Shown: in pieces, positions 47,993-58,151 of the stretch | Position numbering within the stretch: the first letter of the stretch is position 1 | Layout: each line of letters begins with the position of its first letter | From: Picochlorum sp. SENEW3 | Lineage: Eukaryota | Length of the DNA stretch: 64,000 nucleotides | Reading direction: 5' to 3' | Assembly: GCA_034226945.1 (NCBI GenBank) | Contig: CP120454.1 | Coordinates: forward strand, 1,116,001-1,180,000 | The notes under the pieces: model-generated | What the model was told of the DNA's origin: nothing | Databases searched by the model: none | Seen by the model: the letters and a program-made list of their open reading frames with translations, nothing else | Position numbers and translations under genes: made by a program

Positions 47993-48226
47993 AGTATCTC
48001 CCAGAATCATTCGACGCCGATTCCCCATATCTCTTTCACCCAATAACTTGTACTCAATAGGTTGCAGCAATTGAGGGAAAAAAAAGCAAGGTTAACTTGT
48101 AACGGTGGTTGCCTCTCTGATCTCTACCATATCCCCACAACTGACGTGAGACCGCGGTAGTCACTCAATGATCCCAAGAGCGGCACATGCGTAAAATTTC
48201 CAAAACTTTTTTCTGAGCCTCTAGGT

Positions 48227-49429
48227 ATGAGAAAAACACAAGTATACGTAGAAGATCCATGGGATGTCGACTCCTATGCTACCAAGCTCAAGACACTCTA
48301 CAGAGCCATGCATGGCCTCAAGAGGACCTCCCCTGTGGACAATGCCAAGGTACGACAATATTCGGAATGGTTGGTCCGCAAGGTCGATGAACTATATTCG
48401 TATCTGAGAGAAAAGTACACAAACTTGTCTGTGCTGTCGTCCATGATGCTCCCGGTAGCATCAGCACTCAGGCAGGAACTCGGGGAGGATCATGCCATCA
48501 CTACCAAATGGAGAAATGAGGCCACGGAACTGCGATACCGTGCTGACGAGGAAGCCTCCCATAACGTCCAAGATGAAGACTTTAAAACGTACCAAGAGAT
48601 ATGCAATCGCCGAGACTCGATCAGGGAACAGCTGGACAAGGAGCCATCACATACCATCCAGTACTGGCAGTGGTTTGCCCTGTGCTTGTACACCATGCAG
48701 CCACCGCTCCGAGCAGATTGGGCGACGCTGTCCATCGTTGATAGCGTTGACAAGGCATCTACGGGTCAGAACCATCTTGTGCTCACATCGGACAAGGCTG
48801 TCATTCCGATCCAGCAGGACAAGGTGTCACACAGGAAGGGTGGGGCCCACATTCCTGTTACTGATGAGCTCCACTCTGTGCTGTTGGGCTCCATACGCCA
48901 ATTCCCGCGATCCGTAGTCGTCCCATATACGTCTAAGTCCTCTCAAAATCCACTCCATCGATCCTATAGCCCAGACAAGCACATATCCAAGGTGAACTTG
49001 TCCAAACTGCTGAGTCAAGCCATGGCATCACCACAGGACAACACACCATGGCCACGTCCAATCCAAGGTCTCCGTAAAGCTCACTCTACCCTTGTCATGT
49101 CATCAAACGCATCCTATCATACCATAAAGCAAGTAGCAGACGCCCAACGACATTCAGTGTCGACTATGCTGTGTCACTACAACGCTGTATCACCTTGTTG
49201 TTCTGTTGAGGACGATACCAAGGCCAGCACTCCTGAGAAGAGGATTGCATCAGCCATGCAGCAAACTGGTCTCTGTCATTCTAACGTTATTATTATGACA
49301 CATTACGGCGAATCTCATAGGAATGGATCTCCTGCATGGACTCTCTACTGCAGTAATCCAGACCTGCAAGAACCTGCAGAACAGGGCCTGGCCATCATTC
49401 AGGAGGCATGCTCATCAAGAGGCCAATGA
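48227..49429 (+). CDS. Tyrosine recombinase/integrase (PLV/virophage-like)
   Basis: LYTMQPPLRADW (catalytic R), QDKV (K), QGLRKAH (R) and AQRHS..MLCHY (H, Y); open reading frame intact. Confidence 0.85.
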   Translation: MRKTQVYVEDPWDVDSYATKLKTLYRAMHGLKRTSPVDNAKVRQYSEWLVRKVDELYSYLREKYTNLSVLSSMMLPVASALRQELGEDHAITTKWRNEATELRYRADEEASHNVQDEDFKTYQEICNRRDSIREQLDKEPSHTIQYWQWFALCLYTMQPPLRADWATLSIVDSVDKASTGQNHLVLTSDKAVIPIQQDKVSHRKGGAHIPVTDELHSVLLGSIRQFPRSVVVPYTSKSSQNPLHRSYSPDKHISKVNLSKLLSQAMASPQDNTPWPRPIQGLRKAHSTLVMSSNASYHTIKQVADAQRHSVSTMLCHYNAVSPCCSVEDDTKASTPEKRIASAMQQTGLCHSNVIIMTHYGESHRNGSPAWTLYCSNPDLQEPAEQGLAIIQEACSSRGQ

Positions 49430-50018
49430 ATGTACTGTCCTCCAAGAAGAAATCAGCGCTATTATATATTTTCTAAACAGTAGTACTATGAATCGATATC
49501 AAGTCTTGCTCTGATTGACACTTGTCCTGAGCACAACAGAGAAGAGAGGAAACATGGGGTACATTATCGAGCTTTGACGCTACTCATATTTACATTCCAG
49601 GTATAAACATCGAGTAAAGTAATGAGAGATCACTCATAGTTGGCAACCATACCGTAGCGGTCAAACAGGAGACCACTATAGATGCAACAACATGCATGTG
49701 CCAATGCATGTGCAACGCCATAGAACGATGATGTACGCCACACGAGCGTCTCTTTATTTAGAATTCTTCTTTCTTGAATGCAACGCTACGCTTCATAATC
49801 ACGAGAAAAATCCATGCTAACAACAATGCATGCTCAACACCTCAGCTGATACATCACCCAGAGCAGAAAAGTCAACCATGCTGGCTCACACTCATCTCCA
49901 CAGACCTGTCCATCAGCCTCTGCTCTGATGCCCTCCCTGCCATTTTTTCGATAAAATTTATATATAAATTTTACTTGGTCCATTCAGTAGCCGAGAGGCA
50001 GCATGACTCCATCTCAAC

Positions 50019-51974
50019 TCACAGGGGTGCACCAGCAGTGGTTACCCTCCTCACACTTGACGGAATCAAGATTGCGGACTCGGGTTTTTCTCCTGAAACA
50101 ATTCCGACAATATAGCAGTAATACTCTGTGTTTGGTACTAGCTTGCTAACTGTCTCTGTTAAACTTGTAGTTTCTCCACCGAAGTCACCATAAGGGACAA
50201 ACGCATCATCAAATAAGCACGAATAAAAGTACCCGTCATATCCGGCATCCCCGGTCCACGAAATGGTGATAGAGTTAGATGACTCTATAACCGTTGTCAC
50301 AAGAGGCTGGGGAAGAGGAAGGTCGAGAATGACACCGGAAACGCTAACAACTGGATTTCCTGGAAGATCTGATTTCACCGCAGTCTGTGTCTCATCAGAT
50401 CCCTCCAGAAGGGTTGTTTGGAGCTCTACAGCAGACGAATCACTGGCATATATGATTGTACCTGTCACCAGTGCTCCGCGGCTCGGTACCAGCAAAGCAC
50501 GGCGGCGACTGGGGTATAAAAAGTAAACGCTGTATTCAATGGTACACTGTCCTCCAGGCACTAGACCATTGAGATTTGTGCAAAGCTGATTCTTATCAGC
50601 CTCGGTGAATGGATCAAGGGGATAAATCAGCATTGTGAATGTCACAGGATATGACTTACTTGGAGCAGCAGGAGCACTGTACGAGACAGACAGCCCATTC
50701 GACCTCTCTGTTGTCTCGCCATTGTTGCACTTACCGAACGCATAGATTGAATTGTATCCAGGCCCCCTCAATGGCACAGAAACACCTACAGTACTCAAAC
50801 CTTGCCTAGAAGCAGACACCTCAACAGTGGCTGGAACAGAACCGATACTTGCTCCTGTGGATGTGATCACAATTGATGCCACCGAGCAACGATTGCTGCC
50901 ACCCGTCGATTTTACCACAACATCAACATATCCCGTAGAACTCGAGCTTGGAGCAGATATCACAGGACCTGGAATGGCAGCAGGTGGTGGTGGAGATGCT
51001 GGAGGGGGTGGTGATGGCGAAGGAGGTGGTGGTGGAGACGCTGGAGGAGGTGGTGATGGTGGTGGTGGTGGGGATACCAGCGGCACCAGATCATAGCGTC
51101 TGATAAGCTTCCATGTCGTGTATGTGGACGAATCCTCGAGAAAAGTGGATGTTGCCCCGACCAATACTGCTGAAGAGCCACAATCCTGCAAGCCCAGGTA
51201 CCTCAGGCACGCTGAAGGCTTGTTGGAAGCCACCAACTGAAAGACGCCAGCATCGCTCTTAACCACCGTCCATATTTGTGATGATATCTCAGCATCATTC
51301 GACGTGGAATTCAGGAACAGTCCATTGCCATAGGGTGGAATAACGCAGGTACCCTTGTACTCTGGGTTGCCATAGAAACTGCTCACATAGCCAAGACACC
51401 TTGCGTCGTTCTCCACATCGGGGTGAACAAATGCCTGGAGAGATACAGTCACATCTTCTTGTTCAGAAGAAGAAGAAGTATTTGATACAACTCGGACCAT
51501 CCATTCCCGCCACATCATTGATTTGCTTGGGCCTCGTGCCACTGGACCAGAGGTCAGCTTGGAAGACAGTGATGGCGAACAGGTGCGATTGTAGAATCCC
51601 AGATATTCTGCAGCAGTATTTTAGACGCGTTGATTTCCACTGTTCCGAGGTTCTAGATACCAAGATGTTGCCATATGTTTGGAAAGCAAAACACTTGGAT
51701 TGGAGGGTCTCGTCCAGACAAACACATAGTTGCCCATCAAGCACACACCTTGCCCGGAAGATACGCAGCTGGATCGCGTTGTTGCCAACTCCAGGGAATA
51801 GACGCCGTCACTCAGGTCTGCAAGGCTCTGCACCACCTGATTGTCTGCTGGGATCAGCTTCGATGTATTTTCATCAAAGTATACATCTTTGACGTTTTCC
51901 GACCTTGCATAGACGTCTTCCACAATGGTACAAACTAATACCGCAAGAAGCGTGGCAAAAGTTGTCACTTTCAT
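50019..51974 (-). pseudogene. Secreted Ser/Pro-rich cell-surface protein with C-terminal FN3-like domain; in-frame TAA at 51621-51623
   Basis: The signal-peptide ORF (51621-51974) is in frame with the 507-aa ORF. Contains SPPPP repeats, RRRALL, and ITISW..Y..LVPNTEY (FN3-like). Confidence 0.7.
50984..51075 (-). repeat. Extensin-like SPn low-complexity coding repeat
   Basis: GGT/GGA-rich on the plus strand, encoding SPPPPPSPPPPASPPPP. Confidence 0.8.
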
Positions 51975-53016
51975 TTTGTTCCTTGATTCGTGTGTTATTT
52001 TACCGAAAAAGAATTCACCGAATAGAACTTCAGGAAGTATTTTTTATTCAATAGTGACTGTAGCATGTCAGGGTTTCAATGTTGTTTTGGGCTGACTAAT
52101 GCGGATGATGATATCATCGGTGTTAATGTTAATCCCCTAGGGGAACAGGCCTGTATTGCACTACTCCAATGGGAGAGTCGTGTACCTTTTCAAAGAATGC
52201 GCATCTCTGAGAGTTCTCTCCCTAAGTAGAAGCACATGAGTCTCACGAATACAAACAAGTTGCTATCAAGTCTTTTTTCCTTTCATTCCAAGACTCCTGA
52301 GCCATCTGAAACGAACCACACATCTGGTTGGAGCTACAAGATAGCCTCTCCATTGCTCTTCTTTTTCACCTGTTTGACCGTTGCCCTGCTACTGATATCA
52401 ATTCATTACTGAACGTCTTCAGCAAAAGAGCAGATCAGTCGAGTCGAATGTACAGATTGAATTTCACATGCCCCCAGCCCTCAGAGTGCAGAGTGAGAAC
52501 TCCCCAGTTTCCCTTCCTCTCGAGCAGGCATTCTCCACAGGATTTTCTCCAGTGGATACTATCCAGGTGATTGCTGAATCATCGGCCTCTTCGTTGTGTG
52601 AATGAGAGACAATAGCCTACAGGCAGAACTTGTTTTTTCCATACAGAGTTGTATCCATGCTGAGGGTATCCCATGTGTTCGCATGCGTACACAGAGGAGA
52701 GAGATTCAATCCTGGAGCAGATTTTAACCAGTCTGGAAAATATAGTTGAAAATTGTTTTACAAAAGGACGTGATACGAAGTGTTTCAAGGTGCGATTCGA
52801 CGGGGCCTAGTTTAAGGCCTCTTCCATACCTCCATTTGTGCAAAGATCAATTCTTTTCGAATATCTTGATGACATTGTGTACGTGAGTACATTCATGCAT
52901 CGATTTCTTCTCTTTTGAATAAGGGGTTTTAGCCGTGCCAAAGAAGACGGAAAGGAAGGAGCCTTTGCCAGCATCCCATGCGTTATATCGTGTAGGGGGA
53001 GCAGCAATATAACCCT

Positions 53017-53967
53017 ATGATGTGTTTTACAAGAATTCAGATAGGATTGGTGCTGTTCTTCCTTGGACTGCATCAGGTGGTCGTGCAAGCCCAGCAGGCA
53101 GGTGTTGTGGTCGACTCTCAGGATGATGCCAATGCGATTCTCGACGCGCATAATGCCTACCGAAGAGATCATGGTGCTCCATCATTAACATGGTCTAGAC
53201 GTCTTGCGAAAGATGCCGCTGCATGGGGAGAGGAATGCCGTTGGGAACACGATGGATCGAATAAAGACCAGGGCGAGAACTTGTATGCCTCTTTTGGGTA
53301 TCCAGAAAACTCTCTATATCAGAACGCTGCCAAGTCCTGGTACGATGAAGTTGCGTTGTACGATTTTGACAACCCAGAGAAGTCAAATTTCAAGGACGTT
53401 GGTCACTTTACTCAGATGGTGTGGAAAAAATCTCGTGAGATTGGCTGTGCCAGAGTAAGATGTCGTGATGGACAAAATGGTCCGTTCAGTATTGATGGGG
53501 AGTGGCTGTATGTCGTGTGCCGATACAGCCCACCCGGAAATATGATGTCATCGGGTAATGATGCGTATAAATATTTCAAAGAGAATGTTCTCAAAGCAGG
53601 CGAAGAGCCAGAGCCGGAGCCAGAGCCACAAGCACAATGCAATGGCAGAACAAAAACAGTCAAGCTCAAGATTCATGGCACGGGAAAGTCTTGTGACAAC
53701 GGGGCGGGACAGGCAGGAGCCCAGGCTGTGTCGGATATCATCAATGATAAATTTTCAATTTGCAAGTTGTCGTTGTCATGTATCCAAAAGCCCAAGGATG
53801 TATCATATGTCATTGTCCGTACAACAGTTTCAAGAGGAACCGAGAAGGAGGTCATGGCATTATTGAACAACGCAGTGAAAGATAAGACATTCTATGATAA
53901 GTGGGGTCTGAAAAGAGTCAAAGGAAAGAAATACAAGGTATGTCTCAATAAAAGAAAGGGGTGCTGA
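53017..53967 (+). CDS. Secreted CAP/SCP/PR-1 domain protein
   Basis: Signal peptide, HNAYRRDH, GENL, GHFTQMVW and VVCRYSPPGN. Confidence 0.92.
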   Translation: MMCFTRIQIGLVLFFLGLHQVVVQAQQAGVVVDSQDDANAILDAHNAYRRDHGAPSLTWSRRLAKDAAAWGEECRWEHDGSNKDQGENLYASFGYPENSLYQNAAKSWYDEVALYDFDNPEKSNFKDVGHFTQMVWKKSREIGCARVRCRDGQNGPFSIDGEWLYVVCRYSPPGNMMSSGNDAYKYFKENVLKAGEEPEPEPEPQAQCNGRTKTVKLKIHGTGKSCDNGAGQAGAQAVSDIINDKFSICKLSLSCIQKPKDVSYVIVRTTVSRGTEKEVMALLNNAVKDKTFYDKWGLKRVKGKKYKVCLNKRKGC

Positions 53968-54153
53968 CGTGCCATTATTGAGTCTCCTCGGTGATGCAAA
54001 CCTTGTATGGAGGAACCATTTTGTATTGCCCTTATTGGGGAATATTGTGGATACGAACTGACAGATAAGCAGTCGCTTATACGAATGTGTCGATGACTCG
54101 TGGAGCAAAACAAATAAATGATTATACTTGTATGAGATGAAACGTCGTCCAGC

Positions 54154-54789
54154 ATGACGAAGGTCTCAGTATGCAACGTATTTGTGCTTGTGCTTGCTCA
54201 CATGGCAATGTACCAAGGTGCTTGGGGCCAGTCAACCTTGATTTATGATTCGACTGAGGATATCAACACGATTCTTCAATTACACAATGACTATCGAGCA
54301 ATTCACCAATCCCCACCAATGGTGTAGTCTTCCTCTCTCGCCAGCAGAGCAGCTCAATGGGCTTCTTAGTGTCGGTGGGAACATTCCAATGCTGGCGGCG
54401 AAAACCTATTTGCAGCCGGTGGATATCCAGTAGATACCCTCTACACATACGCTGGGGAAGCTTGGTACAGTGAGGTCTCTGCGTATGATTTCAACAACCC
54501 TCAGAATTCCGATTTTTGGGATATTGGGCATTTTACTCAAATGGTCTGGGCATCCACCTCTGAACTTGGTTGCGCAAGAGCCATGTGCCCAGGTGGCCAA
54601 AATAGTCCATTCGGTACAAGCGGGGATTGGCTGTTTGTGGTCTGCAGATACAGTCCGCCTGGCAATATGTTCGCTGCTAATGGTGACGAGTACCTGTACT
54701 TTAGGCAAAACGTCAAAAGCCCGGCCAAGGCAGCACCCATCCACAAACACATCCATCCTCGCAAAATATGGACTGAGACTGTTTATTGA
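54154..54789 (+). pseudogene. Tandem CAP/PR-1 paralogue with two in-frame TAG stops (54325-54327, 54367-54369)
   Basis: One frame from ATG 54154: signal peptide, HNDYRAIH..MV*SS..QWAS*CRWEH, GENL, GHFTQMVW and VVCRYSPPGN. Confidence 0.88.
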
Positions 54790-54853
54790 ATTACACATAC
54801 ATATAGTTGACGAACCACGGCAAAAGTGATTGCTGAGATGCAAGATATATCCA

Positions 54854-56221
54854 TCATTTTGATTTTGATTTCATGTGCGATTGTGAATATGATTGTGTTT
54901 GTAACACTTTCCCTGATGTAATGCAATCATAAAGCCACACTGAAGGCATGATGCATGCACAACCTAGTTTTCGCAGTTTTTTTTCTGAAGGATCATTATT
55001 AGAGCACACAACACCAATTGCATGTTTGACAGACGCAGTAAAATCATCACCCAGCGTAACTGCTGTCCCATCTGCTAGATGAATCAAATGCGTGAGCTCT
55101 TGCCTCTTTTTTGAGCGAGACTTTACAGAACCTTCCTTCTCTTCTTCACCCCGCACGCTCCCTACTACAAACATCATACCATGAAATATGCCCTTCTTTC
55201 CTGCGAGATGTCGAAGCCTGGATTTTTCAGGAATATTCCACGCATCTGCTTGTACCAATCGATCCACTTGTGTCGTGTTTTTCAATGCATACCCCTTGAC
55301 TTGATAGTTCCGCTCATCGACAATTTCTCCAGCCTGAATCGAAGCATCTATCCATGCATGTGACACAATCCAACACCCCAGAGCACAACCTTCAATATAC
55401 TTTCGGGTCCGCCTCATTGCCAAAAGACTGGCATTTGTCTCCACCACAATATGCGTCGTCTCCTTTGTGACATGCGAATCAATCTGCACATCCCCCTGAA
55501 ACTTGGCCGCAAAATCTTCACACAAGAGAGGATCTATAGTCTTGAGAGCATCCACCACCATCCGTATCTGCCCCTCTCGCTTCCTCGGCTTGAGCCGTCT
55601 CTCCCACAATTTCCGTATTCCCACACTAGGCCGCATTGCAACATTTCTATCCTTCAGTGCACTACCAAAGTCACCCCGACGACGCTTCTGCGACTCTTCC
55701 TGAGAGTCTGGCACGACAATAGGCGACTCCAACACCGGTATTGTATGACACAGCTGCAACACGGATTCAATCAATGCTACATCCTCCTGGAGCGTTGCAA
55801 TTGTTGATTGCCTCCTACAATACTGTGCCCCTACCTCTTTCATCAAGGATTTGACATGCTGCACTGCATTCATAACTTGATGATTCGTATGCAAATCCTT
55901 TTTCCACCCTGGTTGCTGGCATTCTGGACACACTGAGGACGAAATTCCAACCCCCTCCAGTCTAGACAGAACACATGGTCGACAAAATGTATGCCCACAT
56001 GTCGAAAATGTGTTTGGCTGCTCCATTAATTTATGGCATAATGAGCAACACAATGTCTCGATAAAACTCGACAGAGCCTCCTGGCACACGCGAACTGAAG
56101 CACGCTCCTCCCTTGTACCAGGTTGTTGTTGTTGTTGTTGCTGCTGGTGAGCTCTGGCATTCATCCAGTCGTCATGAGACGAGAGTGCCTTTCCCTGACT
56201 ATTCCGCATGTAAAATCTCAA
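54854..56221 (-). CDS. BRCA1/BARD1-like RING + tandem BRCT protein
   Basis: C3HC4 RING CSLC..CGHTFC..C..CPEC; BRCT motifs TTHIVV..RTRKY..WIVSHAWI and WLYDCI. Confidence 0.85.
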   Translation of the reverse strand: MRFYMRNSQGKALSSHDDWMNARAHQQQQQQQQPGTREERASVRVCQEALSSFIETLCCSLCHKLMEQPNTFSTCGHTFCRPCVLSRLEGVGISSSVCPECQQPGWKKDLHTNHQVMNAVQHVKSLMKEVGAQYCRRQSTIATLQEDVALIESVLQLCHTIPVLESPIVVPDSQEESQKRRRGDFGSALKDRNVAMRPSVGIRKLWERRLKPRKREGQIRMVVDALKTIDPLLCEDFAAKFQGDVQIDSHVTKETTHIVVETNASLLAMRRTRKYIEGCALGCWIVSHAWIDASIQAGEIVDERNYQVKGYALKNTTQVDRLVQADAWNIPEKSRLRHLAGKKGIFHGMMFVVGSVRGEEEKEGSVKSRSKKRQELTHLIHLADGTAVTLGDDFTASVKHAIGVVCSNNDPSEKKLRKLGCACIMPSVWLYDCITSGKVLQTQSYSQSHMKSKSK

Positions 56222-56826
56222 GTATATTTATGTACGAGTTATCTGAGGTCCCTGATGGAAAATCGTATCAAACACTTGTAAACAACAAGTGTTATTCAGT
56301 TGCAAATTCCGTTGGAAGCAAACGATTCGCTATGCCTCAATTGCTACTCATATGGTTTCATTTGTATTATGTATTATTTTTTAAAGTGTAATCTCCATAA
56401 GAATGCCATCTATACTGAGATGAAGATTTGAATTTTTGTACAAAAACTATTCAAATAAAGAGTACGGAGGGCAGGTTGAACAGGAGCTTGCATATCCACT
56501 CAGTATGCATAGCATTCTTATTTATTTTAATACGATCAGTCACCTTCTGCGTCCATTATACTGAGTGGTTATGCGGTTGAAAGAATGGTTGACATGAAAA
56601 AAATAAACATTCGACTCATCCTTCTAGTCCCTAGTAGAATTATCCCCTGAGAAGACGGGATTAGGTCGATTTATGCCTTATTTTTAATATCGGAACAATT
56701 ACTTGGTGGAATATCTGCTGATAGATAGATTAGCACAGACAGAAAAGGGAACGCAGTTCTAGTAGCATACTCACTAAAGATATACATACATACCACTGGC
56801 TGGCTGTACATGTACATCATAATACT

Positions 56827-58143
56827 ATGAAGGGTACACGGGGTCTCTTCCTGGAAATATGCCAGGGATCGCAGGGATATATGCCTGGAGATGCTGTGAG
56901 TGCTCTGTTGTACGTGGACCCGTCTGCAGTTGCGGAGAATTCGTACATGCTGGATCAAGTGTTGGTTCATGTTGAGGGTATTGAGCGTGTTGATACATCG
57001 TGGGTGTCGAAAGAATACAGAGTAGGTGATGTGAAATTGAATACTGATTCTAGAAGAATACAGAGACCAGTGGTGAGGGGTGATCTCCGTGCTGCTGCAC
57101 GGGGTGGTTTTGGGGAAGGTGCTCGTCGGGTATTTTTGTTGAGGTTTACATTGCCAGAGTGGCTTCCGCCGACGTTCAGAGGGATTGTCGCGCGATATTC
57201 GTACATGATGAATATTGAGGTGACGTATAGATGCTGTGGTAGTGGAGAAGATGTACGTACGTCTGGTTTGCAGAGTGCACATGTGCGGCAAGCTGTGCAT
57301 GTGTGGCCACGTCTGTCCAACATGCTGTATGATCCAGCTGAAGACTGTGACGATTCCCTCAAGATTATGTGTTGGGAAGTAGATGTTGGGACGACACTCG
57401 AAGATGCGGTGCAACAAGTTGACTCTCTCATGTCAGAATCTCAGAATTCAACACCATATAGTCCTGCATATCAGGGTGATCGTTTGTCCAGGACAGCGTC
57501 TTTAGATACTGGAGGTGACCTTCCTCCAGCTGAATTGTTGAAGAAGCGTTTAATGATGACACCTCAAGCGAATGTGGGGAGGTTCGTGTCCGTGATCCCA
57601 GAGTCTGAGATATCAGAGATTTTGGATTCTGAAACAAAGAGCCCAATAGAATCAACCAGCAGTAGGATATTCGATGGGCAGGGCGGTGTTTCGAGCTTTA
57701 GATTGAAAATGGAAGATGTTCCGTTGGCAAATATACATTTACATGGGTCAGGTCATGTTGATTGCGCTCTTGGTCCGGGTAAGACTGTGGCTGGTACAAT
57801 TGAATTTCCAGAGCACCCATCTCGTGTGCAATGTCATAAATTTGTTGTTGCGTTGGAAATGGAAGAGAGGGTCGCTGAGAAGTGGCAAGCTCGAGGTAGA
57901 AGCATGGCGATGAATGGGTGTTTGAATCAAACAATTGACGAGTGTATTCAGTTGAGTGCTGACATGTTGACGTCGTACTTTATGTTTTCGTTGCCTGCAG
58001 ACGCAGCACCGAATTTCAAGACAAGGCTGATAACTCTTGAGTGGGGCTTGCGTTTCCATTTCTATGCGCGATTGAAAGGAGAAGAGGAAATCAAGAGATT
58101 AGAATGGAAAATTCCATTAAAAGTACGATTGCACGGTGAATAA
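56827..58143 (+). CDS. RGP1: RGP1 family protein (Rab6 GEF subunit, arrestin fold)
   Basis: YMPGD, LPEWLPPTFRG...RYSY, GKTVAGTIEF and PNFKTRLITLEWGLRFHF. Confidence 0.75.
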   Translation: MKGTRGLFLEICQGSQGYMPGDAVSALLYVDPSAVAENSYMLDQVLVHVEGIERVDTSWVSKEYRVGDVKLNTDSRRIQRPVVRGDLRAAARGGFGEGARRVFLLRFTLPEWLPPTFRGIVARYSYMMNIEVTYRCCGSGEDVRTSGLQSAHVRQAVHVWPRLSNMLYDPAEDCDDSLKIMCWEVDVGTTLEDAVQQVDSLMSESQNSTPYSPAYQGDRLSRTASLDTGGDLPPAELLKKRLMMTPQANVGRFVSVIPESEISEILDSETKSPIESTSSRIFDGQGGVSSFRLKMEDVPLANIHLHGSGHVDCALGPGKTVAGTIEFPEHPSRVQCHKFVVALEMEERVAEKWQARGRSMAMNGCLNQTIDECIQLSADMLTSYFMFSLPADAAPNFKTRLITLEWGLRFHFYARLKGEEEIKRLEWKIPLKVRLHGE

Positions 58144-58151
58144 TTGTAAGA

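Larger units (their letters stand above)
43079..49760. mobile_element. Putative integrative self-replicating element: tyrosine recombinase + TV-Pol/SF3 helicase + iteron array + orphan gene (Polinton-like-virus-related, no capsid genes seen); ends approximate
   Basis: Clustered YR and TV-Pol-D5 genes typical of PLVs/virophages sit between host genes, with a repeat-rich spacer between them. Ends are guessed from a weak 10-bp direct repeat. Confidence 0.75.

Noticed and set aside
43079..49760. DIRS retroelement, Crypton or complete Polinton/virophage
   Set aside because: There is no RT/RNase H. Cryptons do not normally encode a primase-helicase. No capsid, packaging ATPase, rve integrase, pPolB or long TIRs were recognised.
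52000..53000. Possible gene relic in a long intergenic stretch
   Set aside because: Only short ORFs, with no motif I could recognise.
44799..54789. TAG/TAA stop-codon reassignment explaining the in-frame stops
   Set aside because: The expected residues differ between sites (Tyr, Trp, Gln/Glu), and neighbouring genes end normally in TAA/TAG.
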